Shown here: positions 19,943 through 34,506 of the stretch, one piece after another
Position numbering within the stretch: position 1 is the stretch's first letter
Layout of the letters: each line of letters begins with the position of its first letter
From: an uncultured Gammaproteobacteria bacterium
Lineage (GTDB): Bacteria; Patescibacteriota; Microgenomatia; Levybacterales; UBA12049
Assembly (NCBI GenBank): GCA_964497535.1
Contig: CAZCCG010000003.1
Location: 133,499-197,498, forward strand
Direction: 5' to 3'
DNA: 64,000 bases
Notes under the pieces: model-generated
What the model saw: only the letters and a program-made list of their open reading frames with translations
The model's database searches: none
What the model was told of the DNA's origin: nothing
Program-made: the position numbers and the translations under genes

Positions 19943-20773
19943 CTGTGCGGCTTTGACGAGGTTTTCCATGAGACATGCTACATTCATCGGTCCGACGCCG
20001 CCCAGCACCGGTGTATAAAAACTTGCGATAGTTTCGATTTCAGTGACTATATAATCTCCTTTTAATTTGCCTTCATCATTTTTGTACATACCGACGCCAA
20101 CTAAAATTACTCCCTGTTTTAAATCTTGCGGCTGAACAATTCCCTCTTTGCCTACAGAGGGAATGATGATATCGGCTTTTTTGAGTACTGCTCCCCTATT
20201 CTCTGTTTTACTATCTATAACAATTGGTTTTACACCATTTTCTTGTAACAACTGAATCGTAGGGCCTCCTCCGGTATTACCTTTCCCAATAACAACAATG
20301 TTTTTAGATTTGAGCCAATCAATAAATGCCATTTTTGGGTTAATCTGGTTAAATATTTCCCCCAAAACATCAAGTACTGCCAATGCAAGTGGGACTTTAA
20401 ACTTCGTTTGAGGATGAAAGCCATCAATGTCTTTTTCCGGTGTTACTTCATACTCAACTTCACGTATATTAATGTGATTGGGTAATGGTTGCTGGACAAT
20501 AATTCCATGGACGAGCGGATCAAGATTTAGTTCGTCAACTTTGTTAATTAATTCTGTTTGTTCTATGTCAGGAGTAAATTGAATTAAAGTAAGCGTTGCG
20601 CCAATACGCTCGGCACCTTTTTGTTTTTGTTTTATAAATGCTACTGATGCAGGATCATCTCCGACTAATATAACTGTTACATTTGGGGTAATACCCTTTT
20701 TCTTCAGTTCGGAAACTTTTTGAGTGAGGCGGTCATAGATTTTTTCAGCAAGTTCTCTTCCGTCTATTTTCAT
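19928..20773 (-). CDS. folD: bifunctional methylene-THF dehydrogenase / methenyl-THF cyclohydrolase
   Basis: Start [12 protein letters not shown] ... [19 protein letters not shown], plus a C-terminal Rossmann GxGxxxG with the [12 protein letters not shown] motif. Confidence 0.9.
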   Translation of the reverse strand: MKIDGRELAEKIYDRLTQKVSELKKKGITPNVTVILVGDDPASVAFIKQKQKGAERIGATLTLIQFTPDIEQTELINKVDELNLDPLVHGIIVQQPLPNHINIREVEYEVTPEKDIDGFHPQTKFKVPLALAVLDVLGEIFNQINPKMAFIDWLKSKNIVVIGKGNTGGGPTIQLLQENGVKPIVIDSKTENRGAVLKKADIIIPSVGKEGIVQPQDLKQGVILVGVGMYKNDEGKLKGDYIVTEIETIASFYTPVLGGVGPMNVACLMENLVKAAQLRVN

Positions 20774-23349
20774 TTGGCAGAAACTGTTTCTTCAGATTCT
20801 ATAAAGGTTGCGGCGGATACTTTATCTGAAGTGTTTGAAAATCTCATAAGAATTACTCCCTGAGTATCTCGGGAAAGCTTCGGTACAGCAGAAAGTGCAA
20901 GCTTTACGATCAACCCTTTTTTGGAAGTCATGATAAATTCCGCCGTTCCATGAGGTATTACTTGTGCAAATACCACCTTACCAGTTTTCTCTGTGACATT
21001 TGCTACTTTTACTCCTTGTCCTCCTCTACTTTGGCCACGGAATTGGTCAACCGATGTCTTTTTCCCCAGACCGTTTTCCATAATTGCCAGAAGATCTGCT
21101 TTATCTTTTTTGTCGATGACATCCATTCCGATGACGACATCGTTGCCCACCAATTTAATACCCCGTACTCCTTGCGCACTTCTTCCAATTGGTCTGGTTG
21201 CACTTTCTGAGAATCTAATTGCTTTCCCGTCACGGCTGGTTAGGATAACATCATTGTCGCCACTGGTAAATTTACTCCATACGAGTTCATCACCAACATC
21301 AAGTTTGATTGCAACAATTCCACTGCGTCTGATATTTTCAAACTCAGTTATAGCAGTTTTTTTGACCGTTCCGTGCTTGGTTGTTAAGAAGATATACTTA
21401 TCCTTATTATTTTTATCTACATTTTTGCCTGTTTTATAGGTAATAAATGATTGAACCTTTTCTCCTGAGTCAACATTGATTAAGTTGACTACTGCGCTGC
21501 CTTTGCTGGTTCGTTGAGATTCTGCAATTTCGTAGGCTTTAAGTTGATATGTTTTTCCCTTATTCGTAAAGAATAAGATATTGTCATGGGTTGAAGCATA
21601 GCGAATACTCATGATGCCATCTTCATCTTTGGTTGTCATTCCCTTAATACCCTTCCCTCCTCGATGTTGAGTTTTGAAGCTTAAGACACTTTGTCTTTTG
21701 ATATATCCGGTATTGGTGAGCGTAATAACTGTGGGTTCGTTGGGAATAAGATCTTCTTCTGAGAATTCTCCAACTTTGCTTTTAAAGACTCTGGTTCTTC
21801 GTGGATCAGCATATTTGTCTTTCAAAGCTACGAGTTCATCGTTAACAACAGTCAATATTTTTTTTGGATGTGAGAGCAATTCTTCCAAAGCTGCAATTGT
21901 TTGTGCAACTGCTTTATACTCATCCTCTATTTTTTGTCGCTCCAGTGCCGCCAGACGTCGCAATTGCATATCCAGAATTGCTGTTGCCTGAATTTCTGAA
22001 AGTTTAAACTTCGCAATCAAATTTTGTTTGGCTTCATCTTGGTCTTTTGAATCACGGATGGTTTTGATAACGGCATCAATATTGTCAACTGCAATCTTGA
22101 GTCCTTCCAAAATGTGGAGTCTTGCTTTTGCCTGTTTAAGTTCAAATTCGGAGCGTCGGGTTACCATCAGATAACGGTGTCTGAGGTATTCTTCCAGAAT
22201 TTCTTTCAAGTTTAACGTTTGCGGAGTACCATTTACCAATGCGACGACGTTTGCCGGAAATGATGTCTGAAGACTGGTGTGTTTGAATAAATTATTCAAT
22301 ATTTTTTTCGGTACTGCATCCCGTTTGAGTTCTACAACCACTCGAATTCCATGGCGGTCTGATTCGTCCCGAAGGTCTGTAATGCCTTCTATCTTTTTCT
22401 CTTTTGCCAGGTCGGCAATTCGCGCAACCAAAAGTGCTTTGTTTACCTGGTATGGAAGCTCTGTAATAATAATGGCTGATTTCCCATTACCGATTTCTTC
22501 AATTTCTGCTTTTCCGCGGATAATAATCTTTCCTCGGCCGGTGTTATATACGTTTTTGATCTCAGAAATATCATAAATTGCTCCGGCTGTTGGGAAATCC
22601 GGGCCTTTTATGTATTCCAATAAATCATCAACAGTTGTATCGGTTGATAAATGTACTGTTCCCGTGTCTTTTAGAGCGACTACTGGTTCTGCACCGACAA
22701 TGGCATCCTCTTCGGTTGCATTTTGAGTAACGACCTTTGGTTTGTCAAATTTTGCTTTCGAGATCATAAATATGATCGCATCGACAATTTCGCCTAAATT
22801 ATGCGGGGGAATTTTGGTGGCCATACCGACTGCAATACCTTCTGCGCCCATGAGTAACAAGTTAGGGAGTTTTGCCGGGAGAAATACCGGTTCTTTATGA
22901 CTATCATCATAGTTAGGGATAAAATCAACGGTTTCTTTATCCAGATCCTGGAGCATTTCTATGGTAATGGCGTGGAGTTTTGCTTCTGTATAACGGTCTG
23001 CTGCGGGTGGGTCTCCATCGATAGATCCAAAGTTTCCCTGGCCATGGATTAATGGATATCTCATTGAAAAATCCTGAGCAAGACGTACTAACGCATCATA
23101 AATAGGCATATTTCCATGAGGATGGTATTTTCCCATGGTTTCTCCAACAATACGTGCTGACTTTAAAAACTTAGAGGTAGGTCCCAGTCCCATCTCATGC
23201 ATGGCAAAAAGGATTCTGCGATGGACTGGTTTGAGTCCATCTCGAACGTCAGGAAGAGCACGGGATACAATAACAGACATGGCGTAATTGAGATACGCCT
23301 TTTTCATCTCGTGTGTAATTTCTGTTTTCTTTAACTTTCCAATATCCAT
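20770..23349 (-). CDS. gyrA: DNA gyrase subunit A
   Basis: 859 aa. N-terminal [16 protein letters not shown], the active-site region DRYTEAKL and a C-terminal beta-pinwheel repeat domain. Confidence 0.95.
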   Translation of the reverse strand: MDIGKLKKTEITHEMKKAYLNYAMSVIVSRALPDVRDGLKPVHRRILFAMHEMGLGPTSKFLKSARIVGETMGKYHPHGNMPIYDALVRLAQDFSMRYPLIHGQGNFGSIDGDPPAADRYTEAKLHAITIEMLQDLDKETVDFIPNYDDSHKEPVFLPAKLPNLLLMGAEGIAVGMATKIPPHNLGEIVDAIIFMISKAKFDKPKVVTQNATEEDAIVGAEPVVALKDTGTVHLSTDTTVDDLLEYIKGPDFPTAGAIYDISEIKNVYNTGRGKIIIRGKAEIEEIGNGKSAIIITELPYQVNKALLVARIADLAKEKKIEGITDLRDESDRHGIRVVVELKRDAVPKKILNNLFKHTSLQTSFPANVVALVNGTPQTLNLKEILEEYLRHRYLMVTRRSEFELKQAKARLHILEGLKIAVDNIDAVIKTIRDSKDQDEAKQNLIAKFKLSEIQATAILDMQLRRLAALERQKIEDEYKAVAQTIAALEELLSHPKKILTVVNDELVALKDKYADPRRTRVFKSKVGEFSEEDLIPNEPTVITLTNTGYIKRQSVLSFKTQHRGGKGIKGMTTKDEDGIMSIRYASTHDNILFFTNKGKTYQLKAYEIAESQRTSKGSAVVNLINVDSGEKVQSFITYKTGKNVDKNNKDKYIFLTTKHGTVKKTAITEFENIRRSGIVAIKLDVGDELVWSKFTSGDNDVILTSRDGKAIRFSESATRPIGRSAQGVRGIKLVGNDVVIGMDVIDKKDKADLLAIMENGLGKKTSVDQFRGQSRGGQGVKVANVTEKTGKVVFAQVIPHGTAEFIMTSKKGLIVKLALSAVPKLSRDTQGVILMRFSNTSDKVSAATFIESEETVSAK

Positions 23350-23430
23350 AACTTTTCAAGTAATACTACCAATATTACAAATAAACCAATACTACCAATC
23401 ACGAAAGCTTCGAGCAATTTGTTTTTTGGA

Positions 23431-23964
23431 TTATTTGTTTATTGGATTATTCTGAATGGCTGTGGCAATAGCCTTCAGGGCTTCAACTTTCCCTTTCCAA
23501 TCCTTAATCTTCACCCATTTATTTGGTTCAAGGGTTTTATAGTTCTCAAAGAAATGTTTTAATTTATTCTTGATCGCTTCTGGTACATCGGTAATATCAC
23601 TATATACGCCGAACAATGGATCAACTTTTTTTGTTGGAACTGCCAAAACTTTGGTATCAATCCCCTCTTCATCTTCCATTTCAAGCATGCCGATAACAAC
23701 ACTTGGGATAACAGCCCCTGGTACAACGGGATGTTCACTGAGCACTAAAACATCTAATGGATCACCATCGTCGGCTAATGTATTTGGAACAGAACCATAG
23801 TTAAACGGATAGCTCATCGCGGTATACAAGAATCTATCTACCATTATAGCTCCTGATTCCATGTCAATTTCGTATTTGATACTTGAATCCTTTGGAATCT
23901 CAACGAGAACATTTATTTCGCCTTGCATTGGATTCTTTCCTGTTTTAATTTTTTTTATATCCAT
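23431..23964 (-). CDS. ppa: inorganic pyrophosphatase
   Basis: The DGDPLDVLVL motif and family I PPase length (177 aa). Confidence 0.9.
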   Translation of the reverse strand: MDIKKIKTGKNPMQGEINVLVEIPKDSSIKYEIDMESGAIMVDRFLYTAMSYPFNYGSVPNTLADDGDPLDVLVLSEHPVVPGAVIPSVVIGMLEMEDEEGIDTKVLAVPTKKVDPLFGVYSDITDVPEAIKNKLKHFFENYKTLEPNKWVKIKDWKGKVEALKAIATAIQNNPINK

Positions 23965-23989
23965 ATGGTAAATTCACCCCCTCGATTTA

Positions 23990-24065
23990 GAATAATGAAT
24001 CATGAAGTATGAATTATGGTGACTAAAAATATATTCCTTTATTCATAACTCATAACTCTTAATTC
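23990..24065. repeat. gene-less copy of the carA/carB cassette inverted repeats (hairpin-forming, MITE-like) between gyrB and ppa
   Basis: Arms GAATAATGAATCATGAAGTATGAATTATGG and TTATTCATAACTCATAACTCTTAATTC match the arms flanking the four-helix-bundle gene at 14.1-14.6 kb. Confidence 0.45.
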
Positions 24066-24067
24066 TA

Positions 24068-26101
<2,034 letters not shown>

Positions 26102-26133
26102 TTATAACTGCTTCTGTGGTACAATCAAAACTT

Positions 26134-27405
26134 ATGTTACATCCCAAACCAGATCGATTTATCGCTTTACAGTCCCGGGATTTCCGGTTTTATCTGTCTG
26201 CTCAGGTAATTTCGGTTATTGGCAGCCAGATGCAAGTTGCTGCCATTGCCTGGCATATTTATATATTGAATCGTTTTATGCCTGATGTGTCTTTTTTGGG
26301 AATTACTTTTATTGCTGCAGCTTTTTCCTTAGGACTGGTTGGGCTTTTTAATTTTGTTCCGATTGTTGCTTTTTCACTGATTGGTGGTTCGGCAGCAGAT
26401 GTCTATGACAGAAAGAAAATTCTCATTATTACCCAAAGTATTCTTGCTCTGCTTGCCTGTATTATGGGAGTTTTGACATTTACCAAAGGAATTAGTACTC
26501 CATGGATTTACCTTCTTACATTTCTTTCCGCGTTGACTCAAGTATTTGATATTCCTTCCCGTCAGGCATTGTTGCCTCATCTTGTTACCCGAGAACAGTT
26601 ACCGAATGCAATAAGTCTTAACTCTACCGCACGACAGGTAGCAACTATTGTCGGCCCGGCTCTTTGCGGATTTGTTATAGCGGCAAACGTAGGGTTTGCC
26701 TATTTTATAAATTCGGTATCATTTTTATTTGTAATCGCGGCGATTTATTTGATCCATGCATCGGGCAAACCAAAAAGGGCAGAGGTGGAAATGGGTCTGA
26801 AAGCGATGATAGAAGGACTGGTTTTTGTAAAAAGGGAAACAATTATCTGGTCTACAATGATGCTTGATTTCATCAGTACTTTCTTTGGTTCTGCAACACT
26901 TCTTATGCCGCTTTTTGCCAATGAAGTACTTCATGTAGGTCCGCAAATGCTCGGGTTTTTATATGCGGCGCCGGGAATTGGTTCTCTCTTGGCAGGAATA
27001 TATATGTCAACTCGAACAACCATCATCCATCAAGGAAAATTACTATTGATTTCTGTTGCATTTTATGGTGCCGCAACAATTCTTTTTGGAATCTCCCAAA
27101 TCTATAGTCTTTCTATAATTACTTTGATGATGGTAGGAGCCGGCGACACTATTTCGGCAATTTTACGAAATACTATCCGTCAGTTGGCAACTCCTGATTA
27201 TCTGCGCGGGAGAATGACAGCAGTGAATATGATCTTCTTTATGGGTGGTCCGCAGTTGGGTGAATTTGAAGGTGGAGTGTTGGCTGCTGCAGTAGGAGGA
27301 CCTCTATCAGTAGTAATTGGAGGGACAGGAACAGTATTGGCTGTTGGAATTATGTATTACGCAATCCCTGCCATTCGTAAATTTACCGTGCAGTCTGCAA
27401 AGTAA
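26134..27405 (+). CDS. MFS transporter
   Basis: 12 TM helices and the MFS motif region GGSAADVYDRKKIL. The listed ORF start at 26047 would overlap the divergent gyrB start, so I chose the internal ATG at 26134. The start is uncertain; 26095 is also possible. Confidence 0.75.
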   Translation: MLHPKPDRFIALQSRDFRFYLSAQVISVIGSQMQVAAIAWHIYILNRFMPDVSFLGITFIAAAFSLGLVGLFNFVPIVAFSLIGGSAADVYDRKKILIITQSILALLACIMGVLTFTKGISTPWIYLLTFLSALTQVFDIPSRQALLPHLVTREQLPNAISLNSTARQVATIVGPALCGFVIAANVGFAYFINSVSFLFVIAAIYLIHASGKPKRAEVEMGLKAMIEGLVFVKRETIIWSTMMLDFISTFFGSATLLMPLFANEVLHVGPQMLGFLYAAPGIGSLLAGIYMSTRTTIIHQGKLLLISVAFYGAATILFGISQIYSLSIITLMMVGAGDTISAILRNTIRQLATPDYLRGRMTAVNMIFFMGGPQLGEFEGGVLAAAVGGPLSVVIGGTGTVLAVGIMYYAIPAIRKFTVQSAK

Positions 27406-27651
27406 CTATTAAAATTGAAATTTGTGGAGTGCAAGAATTGATAAAAATTCAATTATCATCGTTATTCCGATTGCTAATAGTCCAGTTATGGGCCTTTGAA
27501 TAATTGAAATAAAATTATTTAAGTTCATGATAATAATATAAACGGCAGGGATTAAAAAACTATAAGACGAGCGTAAGAATTTTGCAAGAAGAGCTATACG
27601 TGAAGGACAGGAGTATCTATTTTAAACTTTTCGTTTTACTTTTTACGCTTT

Positions 27652-28929
<1,278 letters not shown>

Positions 28930-29044
28930 TCAGTATAGTATCAAGTTTTTCAAAAATTGCCAAGAGGTAGTTTAAATAAACGAATAATCCAATCAACCAA
29001 GCAACAAATTATAATTGTTTTAGAGTTCTAGTTTATTGTTGGAA

Positions 29045-29989
29045 TTATTCTAGGAACAGTTGGTCCCCAAAGTTTTTTTGGTACCTTTTTTTAATCGTTT
29101 CAAGAAGGGGGTGGTGATTCTGAGTGCCATATTTTTCTATAGCGAACGATGAAAGGGTTGCGCCGAGTTGACCACATGTTTTTAGAGAAAGTTTATTGAG
29201 ATATCCTGCAGCAAAACCGGCAATATACGCATCCCCTGCTCCGGTTGGGTCAACAACCGTTTCAGGTTGAGCGATACCGGTTGTAATACGTTCGTCTCGT
29301 GTTTGTATCAGTGAACCGTGTGCCCCCAGCGTGGTTACCAGTATTTGTACATGAGCTAACAGATCTGTTGGTTTCCAGCCTGTTTTTTTCTCAACCAAAG
29401 ACATTTCGTAGTCGTTGGCAATAAAAATATGCGCATTTTTAATGATTTCCTTGAGTTTGGCATCTTCGATTGTTGTTAGCTGTTGCCCGGGAGAAAATAT
29501 ATACGGGATATGTCGGATATGTGCTTGCTGAGCAAAATTATACATAGCTTGCGGGAGTGTAGCACCGATGATTACGAGGCTAATATCCTCGGATGGTAAA
29601 GTTAATTGTAAATCTTTTTGTAAAGCCCCGGGGTAAAACCCGGATATTTGACAGTTGTTTTGATCAGTCATCATAAAGGCATGAGCACTGAATTCATCCG
29701 GTACTTGATAAATCAAAGAAGTATCGACTCCGTTTTTTTGTAAATAGTCTTGATAGGGTGAAAAGTCTTTTTGTCCGGCTGATGCCAATATCGATGATGA
29801 ATGTTTGAGAAGCGCCAAATTATATGCAATATTTACCGCTACACCTCCATAATTTTTATTGAGTGTTTGAAGAAGAAACGATACAGAAAGCGTTTTTATT
29901 TTATCCGGCACGATATGATTTTCATAACTGTCCGGGAAATCCATAATATAATCAAACGCTAATGAGCCAGTGACAATAATTCTTTTCAT
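29045..29989 (-). CDS. PfkB-family sugar/nucleoside kinase (possible adenosine kinase)
   Basis: PfkB signature DPTGAGDAYIAGFAAGYL is present. It sits next to ahcY. Confidence 0.7.
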   Translation of the reverse strand: MKRIIVTGSLAFDYIMDFPDSYENHIVPDKIKTLSVSFLLQTLNKNYGGVAVNIAYNLALLKHSSSILASAGQKDFSPYQDYLQKNGVDTSLIYQVPDEFSAHAFMMTDQNNCQISGFYPGALQKDLQLTLPSEDISLVIIGATLPQAMYNFAQQAHIRHIPYIFSPGQQLTTIEDAKLKEIIKNAHIFIANDYEMSLVEKKTGWKPTDLLAHVQILVTTLGAHGSLIQTRDERITTGIAQPETVVDPTGAGDAYIAGFAAGYLNKLSLKTCGQLGATLSSFAIEKYGTQNHHPLLETIKKRYQKNFGDQLFLE

Positions 29990-30064
29990 GATTTATTTGC
30001 AATATAGCGTATAGGTAATAGCTAATAGGGTATAGTTTCCCCATAAGCCATCTGTTATTGTTTT

Positions 30065-30823
30065 TTAACGAATAAATGTTATTGTATTATTTTTTTCTCC
30101 CAAAAATCTATAGCCTTTTGTATGAAATCCCCGTAAGTCTTTCGGATCTTCAACGGTATTAATAATACAATATTCAATCATCATACCTCTGGCTTTTTTG
30201 GAGTAAATAGCAACATTTTCAATTTTATCTCCTCGTTTTTCCCCAAACTCAACCTTGATGACAGTACAAGGGAGCTTTGGTAAGTCGATAACAGATGAAT
30301 ATTCTTCTGACGCAAGATTTAAGAGATATCGGTGTTTTGCTTCTGTAATCTCTTGTATAAACTCCCTTGTTATTATGTACTTCCAGAAATCATAGAGATC
30401 CTTGGATTTTTGTACTTTTAGTTTTGTCTTCATTTCTAGTCGATAGGCTTGAATCAGATCAAATGGTCTAACAGTGCCATAAAATCCGGACATAATACGA
30501 AGTGATTTTTGGGCATAGTTTAGTTGCTGATGGGAGTATTTTTCCGGGTGCATTTCTTTATAAATATCTCCTTTATAGAAAAATAAGGCAGGACGAGCAT
30601 TCTGCTGCGTGTGCTTCTTATTCCACTGTCCAAAGCGCTTGTGATTCTCTTCTGCAATAGGCTGACTGACGTGCATGAGTTTTTGTAATTCTTTTATCGA
30701 GTATTGTTGTAGTGATTGGTTTATTTCTGCTGCCTGATTCAAAAACAGAGGAAGGGTTGGTTTTATCTGAGTAGTAGGTGAAGTAAAATCAAATGTTTTT
30801 GCCGGAGCGGTAATAATAAGCAC
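30065..30823 (-). CDS. yaaA: YaaA-family (DUF328/UPF0246) peroxide-stress protein
   Basis: MLIITAPAKTF start and overall length are typical of YaaA. Confidence 0.8.
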   Translation of the reverse strand: MLIITAPAKTFDFTSPTTQIKPTLPLFLNQAAEINQSLQQYSIKELQKLMHVSQPIAEENHKRFGQWNKKHTQQNARPALFFYKGDIYKEMHPEKYSHQQLNYAQKSLRIMSGFYGTVRPFDLIQAYRLEMKTKLKVQKSKDLYDFWKYIITREFIQEITEAKHRYLLNLASEEYSSVIDLPKLPCTVIKVEFGEKRGDKIENVAIYSKKARGMMIEYCIINTVEDPKDLRGFHTKGYRFLGEKNNTITFIR

Positions 30824-30831
30824 ATCTGTTG

Positions 30832-31533
30832 TTATACAACAGATAAAAAGAGATTTTCAAGTGTGAAACGTGGATTAGCATTTGTTGTCTTAAGAATTAT
30901 GTATGTTTTTTGGAACTGTTTTGCATACTTGCTGAATTGTCCAAGCGCGTCTTTATTATTGGTTTGTATCTTTTCAATTATTAATACTTGTATGAGTCGA
31001 AGAAGGTGCTCAAGAACTTCTGCAGCGCTTTCGTTTGTTTTTCCATACTGTTCTGCAAGTTTTAGTTTCTCCCCTATCTCACCCATCAGTAATGTATTTA
31101 ATAATTGACCATATTCTTGCATAGATTTTTCCGAATTTTTTTGTTGGTCATAACTATCAATAATAAAGCAGCGTGAAAGAATAGTTGGCAGTAACGCATT
31201 CTTATTTGAAGTAGCCAATACAATTATTGCATGTGGTGGGGGTTCTTCCAGGAGTTTCAAAAGTGCATTTTGTGCTTCAATAGTGAGAAGTTCACTTTGT
31301 TTTATTATGATTGCCTTTATTTTCCCGCTAACCGGTGATAAGAATGCGGACTTCTGAAGCGTTCGGATTGTTGCAATGCCGATAGATTTGAGTTTTTTTG
31401 TACTTTTAGTTGTTGTTTCCTCAGGCTCAATTACGGTAACATCAAATCTGCCCACGGCATATTCGGTAAGAAGGTTGGTTATTTTTTCTTCAGCTGATTT
31501 GAGATTGGTAGCAACAATAAGAAAACTTTTCAT
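30832..31533 (-). CDS. holB: DNA polymerase III delta-prime subunit-like AAA+ protein
   Basis: EAQNALLKLLEEPP ... TILSRC sensor motifs. The protein is short at 233 aa. Confidence 0.7.
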   Translation of the reverse strand: MKSFLIVATNLKSAEEKITNLLTEYAVGRFDVTVIEPEETTTKSTKKLKSIGIATIRTLQKSAFLSPVSGKIKAIIIKQSELLTIEAQNALLKLLEEPPPHAIIVLATSNKNALLPTILSRCFIIDSYDQQKNSEKSMQEYGQLLNTLLMGEIGEKLKLAEQYGKTNESAAEVLEHLLRLIQVLIIEKIQTNNKDALGQFSKYAKQFQKTYIILKTTNANPRFTLENLFLSVV

Positions 31534-31644
31534 AGTAAAATAACTGCTTCAGCTAAAGGCTGATCGGCCTCTGGCCGAAACTCCTAACCTCTAACAGTTC
31601 TACAATTTGTGTAGAGTTATAAGTAGTTAGAAGTTGGTTCTGTT

Positions 31645-31676
31645 GACATTATAACCTACTCTCATCTATCATAAAA
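31645..31676 (+). promoter_or_regulatory. putative promoter (TTGACA-18 nt-TATCAT) upstream of pilB
   Basis: TTGACATTATAACCTACTCTCATCTATCAT lies immediately before the pilB start at 31680. Confidence 0.2.
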
Positions 31677-31679
31677 CTA

Positions 31680-33416
31680 ATGCCTAATGATCTGCCAACA
31701 CCAACTCAGCCTTCTTCCACACAGACACTTGCCGATATCCTTATGGCACAGCATCTTTTGACGAATGAGCAGTACGATCAAATGCGAGCAAAAAGTGCCC
31801 AGGAAGGGAAAAAAATTGATCAAGTTTTGGAAGAATCCCACTTGGTATCAGAAGAGAAAATTACAGAGGCAAAAGCACAACTTTTGGGAATCCCCTATAT
31901 TTCACTTGAGACCACATCTTTTTCTCCCCAAGCATTGAGTTTTATTCCCCGTCCGGTGGCAGAACGATTTCTTTTGATCCCCTTTTTATATGACGAAAAG
32001 ACGAAATTTCTTTCGGTAGCTATGAGCAATCCCACCGATTTGGAAGCAACATCATTTGTTCGGCAAAAAACCGGTTTGTCGATCAAAACGTTTGCTGCCA
32101 ATCCCTCTGCGGTTAAAAAAGCAATTAGTGAGCAATATCGGCAGGAATTGGTTGGGGAAGTAGGGCAAGCGTTAAAAGAGACGGAAGAGCTGCATGGAAC
32201 CAAAACAATCAATAGCGAACAAATAGCGGAAATTATCAAAGAAGCACCAATTGCCAAGATTGTTTCAACGATCCTTGAGTATGCGGTAAATAGCCGTTCT
32301 TCCGATGTCCATATAGAACCGCAGGATGATCGTGTACGGGTTCGGTATAGAATCGACGGTATTTTATATGATCGTTTGAGTTTACCCAAAAGTGTGCAGG
32401 AAGCTGTTATTTCCCGGATAAAAATTCTGTCCGAGATGAAAATTGATGAACATCGTACGCCCCAGGATGGACGGTTTAATTTTAAGGTAGGAAATAGTGA
32501 AGTTGATCTTCGTATCTCAACTATCCCTACTGCAAGCGGAGAAAAAATCGTCATGAGGTTACTTCGAAAATCCGGTGGAATTCCTTCACTTGCAGATTTA
32601 GGACTGACAGGAACAGCATTGAAAAATTTGGAAACGAGTATCCTGCGTCCCCATGGAATCATTATTGTTTGCGGTCCTACGGGTTCTGGAAAAACCACGA
32701 CATTATATGCTGTGTTATCCAGACTCAATACAACCCGCGTAAATATTATGTCGCTTGAGGATCCGGTAGAGTACCAACTTCCCGGTGTAAACCAGGTACA
32801 AATTAATCCCGGCGTTGGACTTACGTTTGCCACTGGTCTTCGGGCTTTTCTACGACAAGATCCCAATATTATTTTAGTGGGAGAAATTCGTGATGAGGAG
32901 ACAACAGATTTAGCACTTCAGGCAGCTTTGACCGGCCATTTAGTGTTTTCAACCCTGCATACTTCAGACGCCGCCGGAGCGTTACCTCGTCTGATCGATT
33001 TGGGTGCCGAACCGTTTCTGCTTGCCTCTACTCTTACCTCGGTAATGGCGCAAAGAATAGTTCGTAAGATTTGCTCACATTGTAAACAGGATTATGTTCC
33101 TCCCTCTCAAATTATTGATGAAATAAAAAAACAGTTGGGTCCGTTATTTCCTCCAACTACTACCGAGATCAAATTATACAAAGGGAAGGGCTGTAGTGAA
33201 TGCGGAGATTCGGGATATCTTGGACGTGTAGGTATTTTTGAAGTAATGCCTATAACTGAAACGATTTCAAATTTAATGCTGCAGCATCCTGATAGTCAGT
33301 CAGTACAACACAAAGCTGTTGAAGAAGGGATGATTACTATGAAACAAGATGGATATCTGAAGGTCTTAAAAGGAGTAACTACTGTGGAAGAAGTACTTCG
33401 TGTAGCTCAAGAGTAA
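31680..33416 (+). CDS. pilB: type IV pilus assembly ATPase PilB (GspE family)
   Basis: T2SSE_N-like N-domain, Walker A GPTGSGKTTTLYA and the tetracysteine CSHC ... CSEC motif. Confidence 0.9.
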   Translation: MPNDLPTPTQPSSTQTLADILMAQHLLTNEQYDQMRAKSAQEGKKIDQVLEESHLVSEEKITEAKAQLLGIPYISLETTSFSPQALSFIPRPVAERFLLIPFLYDEKTKFLSVAMSNPTDLEATSFVRQKTGLSIKTFAANPSAVKKAISEQYRQELVGEVGQALKETEELHGTKTINSEQIAEIIKEAPIAKIVSTILEYAVNSRSSDVHIEPQDDRVRVRYRIDGILYDRLSLPKSVQEAVISRIKILSEMKIDEHRTPQDGRFNFKVGNSEVDLRISTIPTASGEKIVMRLLRKSGGIPSLADLGLTGTALKNLETSILRPHGIIIVCGPTGSGKTTTLYAVLSRLNTTRVNIMSLEDPVEYQLPGVNQVQINPGVGLTFATGLRAFLRQDPNIILVGEIRDEETTDLALQAALTGHLVFSTLHTSDAAGALPRLIDLGAEPFLLASTLTSVMAQRIVRKICSHCKQDYVPPSQIIDEIKKQLGPLFPPTTTEIKLYKGKGCSECGDSGYLGRVGIFEVMPITETISNLMLQHPDSQSVQHKAVEEGMITMKQDGYLKVLKGVTTVEEVLRVAQE

Positions 33417-33420
33417 TACT

Positions 33421-34488
33421 ATGTCAATTCAGGAATTATTACAAATAACTATTACCAGTAAGGCATCTGATTTGCATCTCCTGCCGGCGATTCCTCCTGC
33501 GATTCGGGTAGACGGAGCGCTTCTGTATGTAACCAATTACAAACCACTTACTCCTGAAGAAATTGAGATGATGATATTTTCTATTTTAACTCCCGAACAA
33601 AAAGAATTATTGGTTACGAATAAAGAGCTGGATTTTTCAATTGGATTTGGAGGGGGTGCCTATGGAAATCTGGGTCGGTTTCGGGTAAATGCGTATTATC
33701 AACGGGGACAAATGGCCGGTGCCTTTCGATTTCTCCCTCCCAATATCCGGACGATAGAAAATTTGGGATTGCCAAAAATTTGTCATAGCTTTGCAGATTT
33801 AGAGCAAGGCCTTATATTAGTTACCGGTCCAACCGGACATGGAAAATCAACAACACTTGCTGCCATTATTAATGAAATCAATCTCAAGAGAGAAGCACAT
33901 ATTTTAACCATAGAAGATCCTATTGAGTACATGTATCCTACCGGAAAAAGTATTATTTCTCAGCGGGAAGTGGGATCTGATACACATTCGTGGCCTCTCG
34001 CGTTACGTTCATCCCTACGGGAAGATCCAGATGTTGTCCTCATAGGAGAAATGCGGGATCCAGAAACAATTGCTGCCGCAATTACTATTGCTGAGACAGG
34101 CCATTTGGTTTTTTCAACCTTACATACCAATTCTGCGGCTCAAAGTATTGACCGTATTATTGATTCATTTCCCGCTTTTCAGCAAAACCAAATTCGTGCT
34201 CAACTTGCATCAACGTTGAAGGCAATTCTATCTCAAAGGCTGTTACCTCTTATGAATGGAGGAAGGATACCTGCTGTTGAGATATTGCTTCAGACTACAG
34301 CCGTTGCAAGTAATATCCGCGATGGGAAGACTCATTTGATTGATAGTATTATCCAGACTTCCCAAGCAGAAGGAATGATTACTCTTGATGCTTCTTTGGC
34401 GAAATTGGTGAAAGAAGGAGAAATAACCCTCGAAACTGCGGAAGAATATGCTCTTCATAAAGATGAACTACTCAGGTTAGTAGGTTAG
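33421..34488 (+). CDS. pilT: type IV pilus retraction ATPase PilT
   Basis: GPTGHGKSTTLAAII, AHILTIEDPIEY and GEMRD ... HLVFSTLHTN. Confidence 0.9.
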   Translation: MSIQELLQITITSKASDLHLLPAIPPAIRVDGALLYVTNYKPLTPEEIEMMIFSILTPEQKELLVTNKELDFSIGFGGGAYGNLGRFRVNAYYQRGQMAGAFRFLPPNIRTIENLGLPKICHSFADLEQGLILVTGPTGHGKSTTLAAIINEINLKREAHILTIEDPIEYMYPTGKSIISQREVGSDTHSWPLALRSSLREDPDVVLIGEMRDPETIAAAITIAETGHLVFSTLHTNSAAQSIDRIIDSFPAFQQNQIRAQLASTLKAILSQRLLPLMNGGRIPAVEILLQTTAVASNIRDGKTHLIDSIIQTSQAEGMITLDASLAKLVKEGEITLETAEEYALHKDELLRLVG

Positions 34489-34506
34489 TTCGTCCACCAT
34501 TCTATT

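Noticed and set aside
20950-22576. Several 75-150-aa ORFs on both strands inside gyrA.
   Set aside because: They are antisense or out-of-frame shadows within a high-confidence 859-aa gyrA. They have no SD and no motifs.
31895-32866. 323-aa minus-strand ORF antisense to pilB.
   Set aside because: It lies entirely inside the well-supported pilB gene. Its product is Ser/Arg/Pro-rich and low-complexity, which is typical of a shadow ORF.
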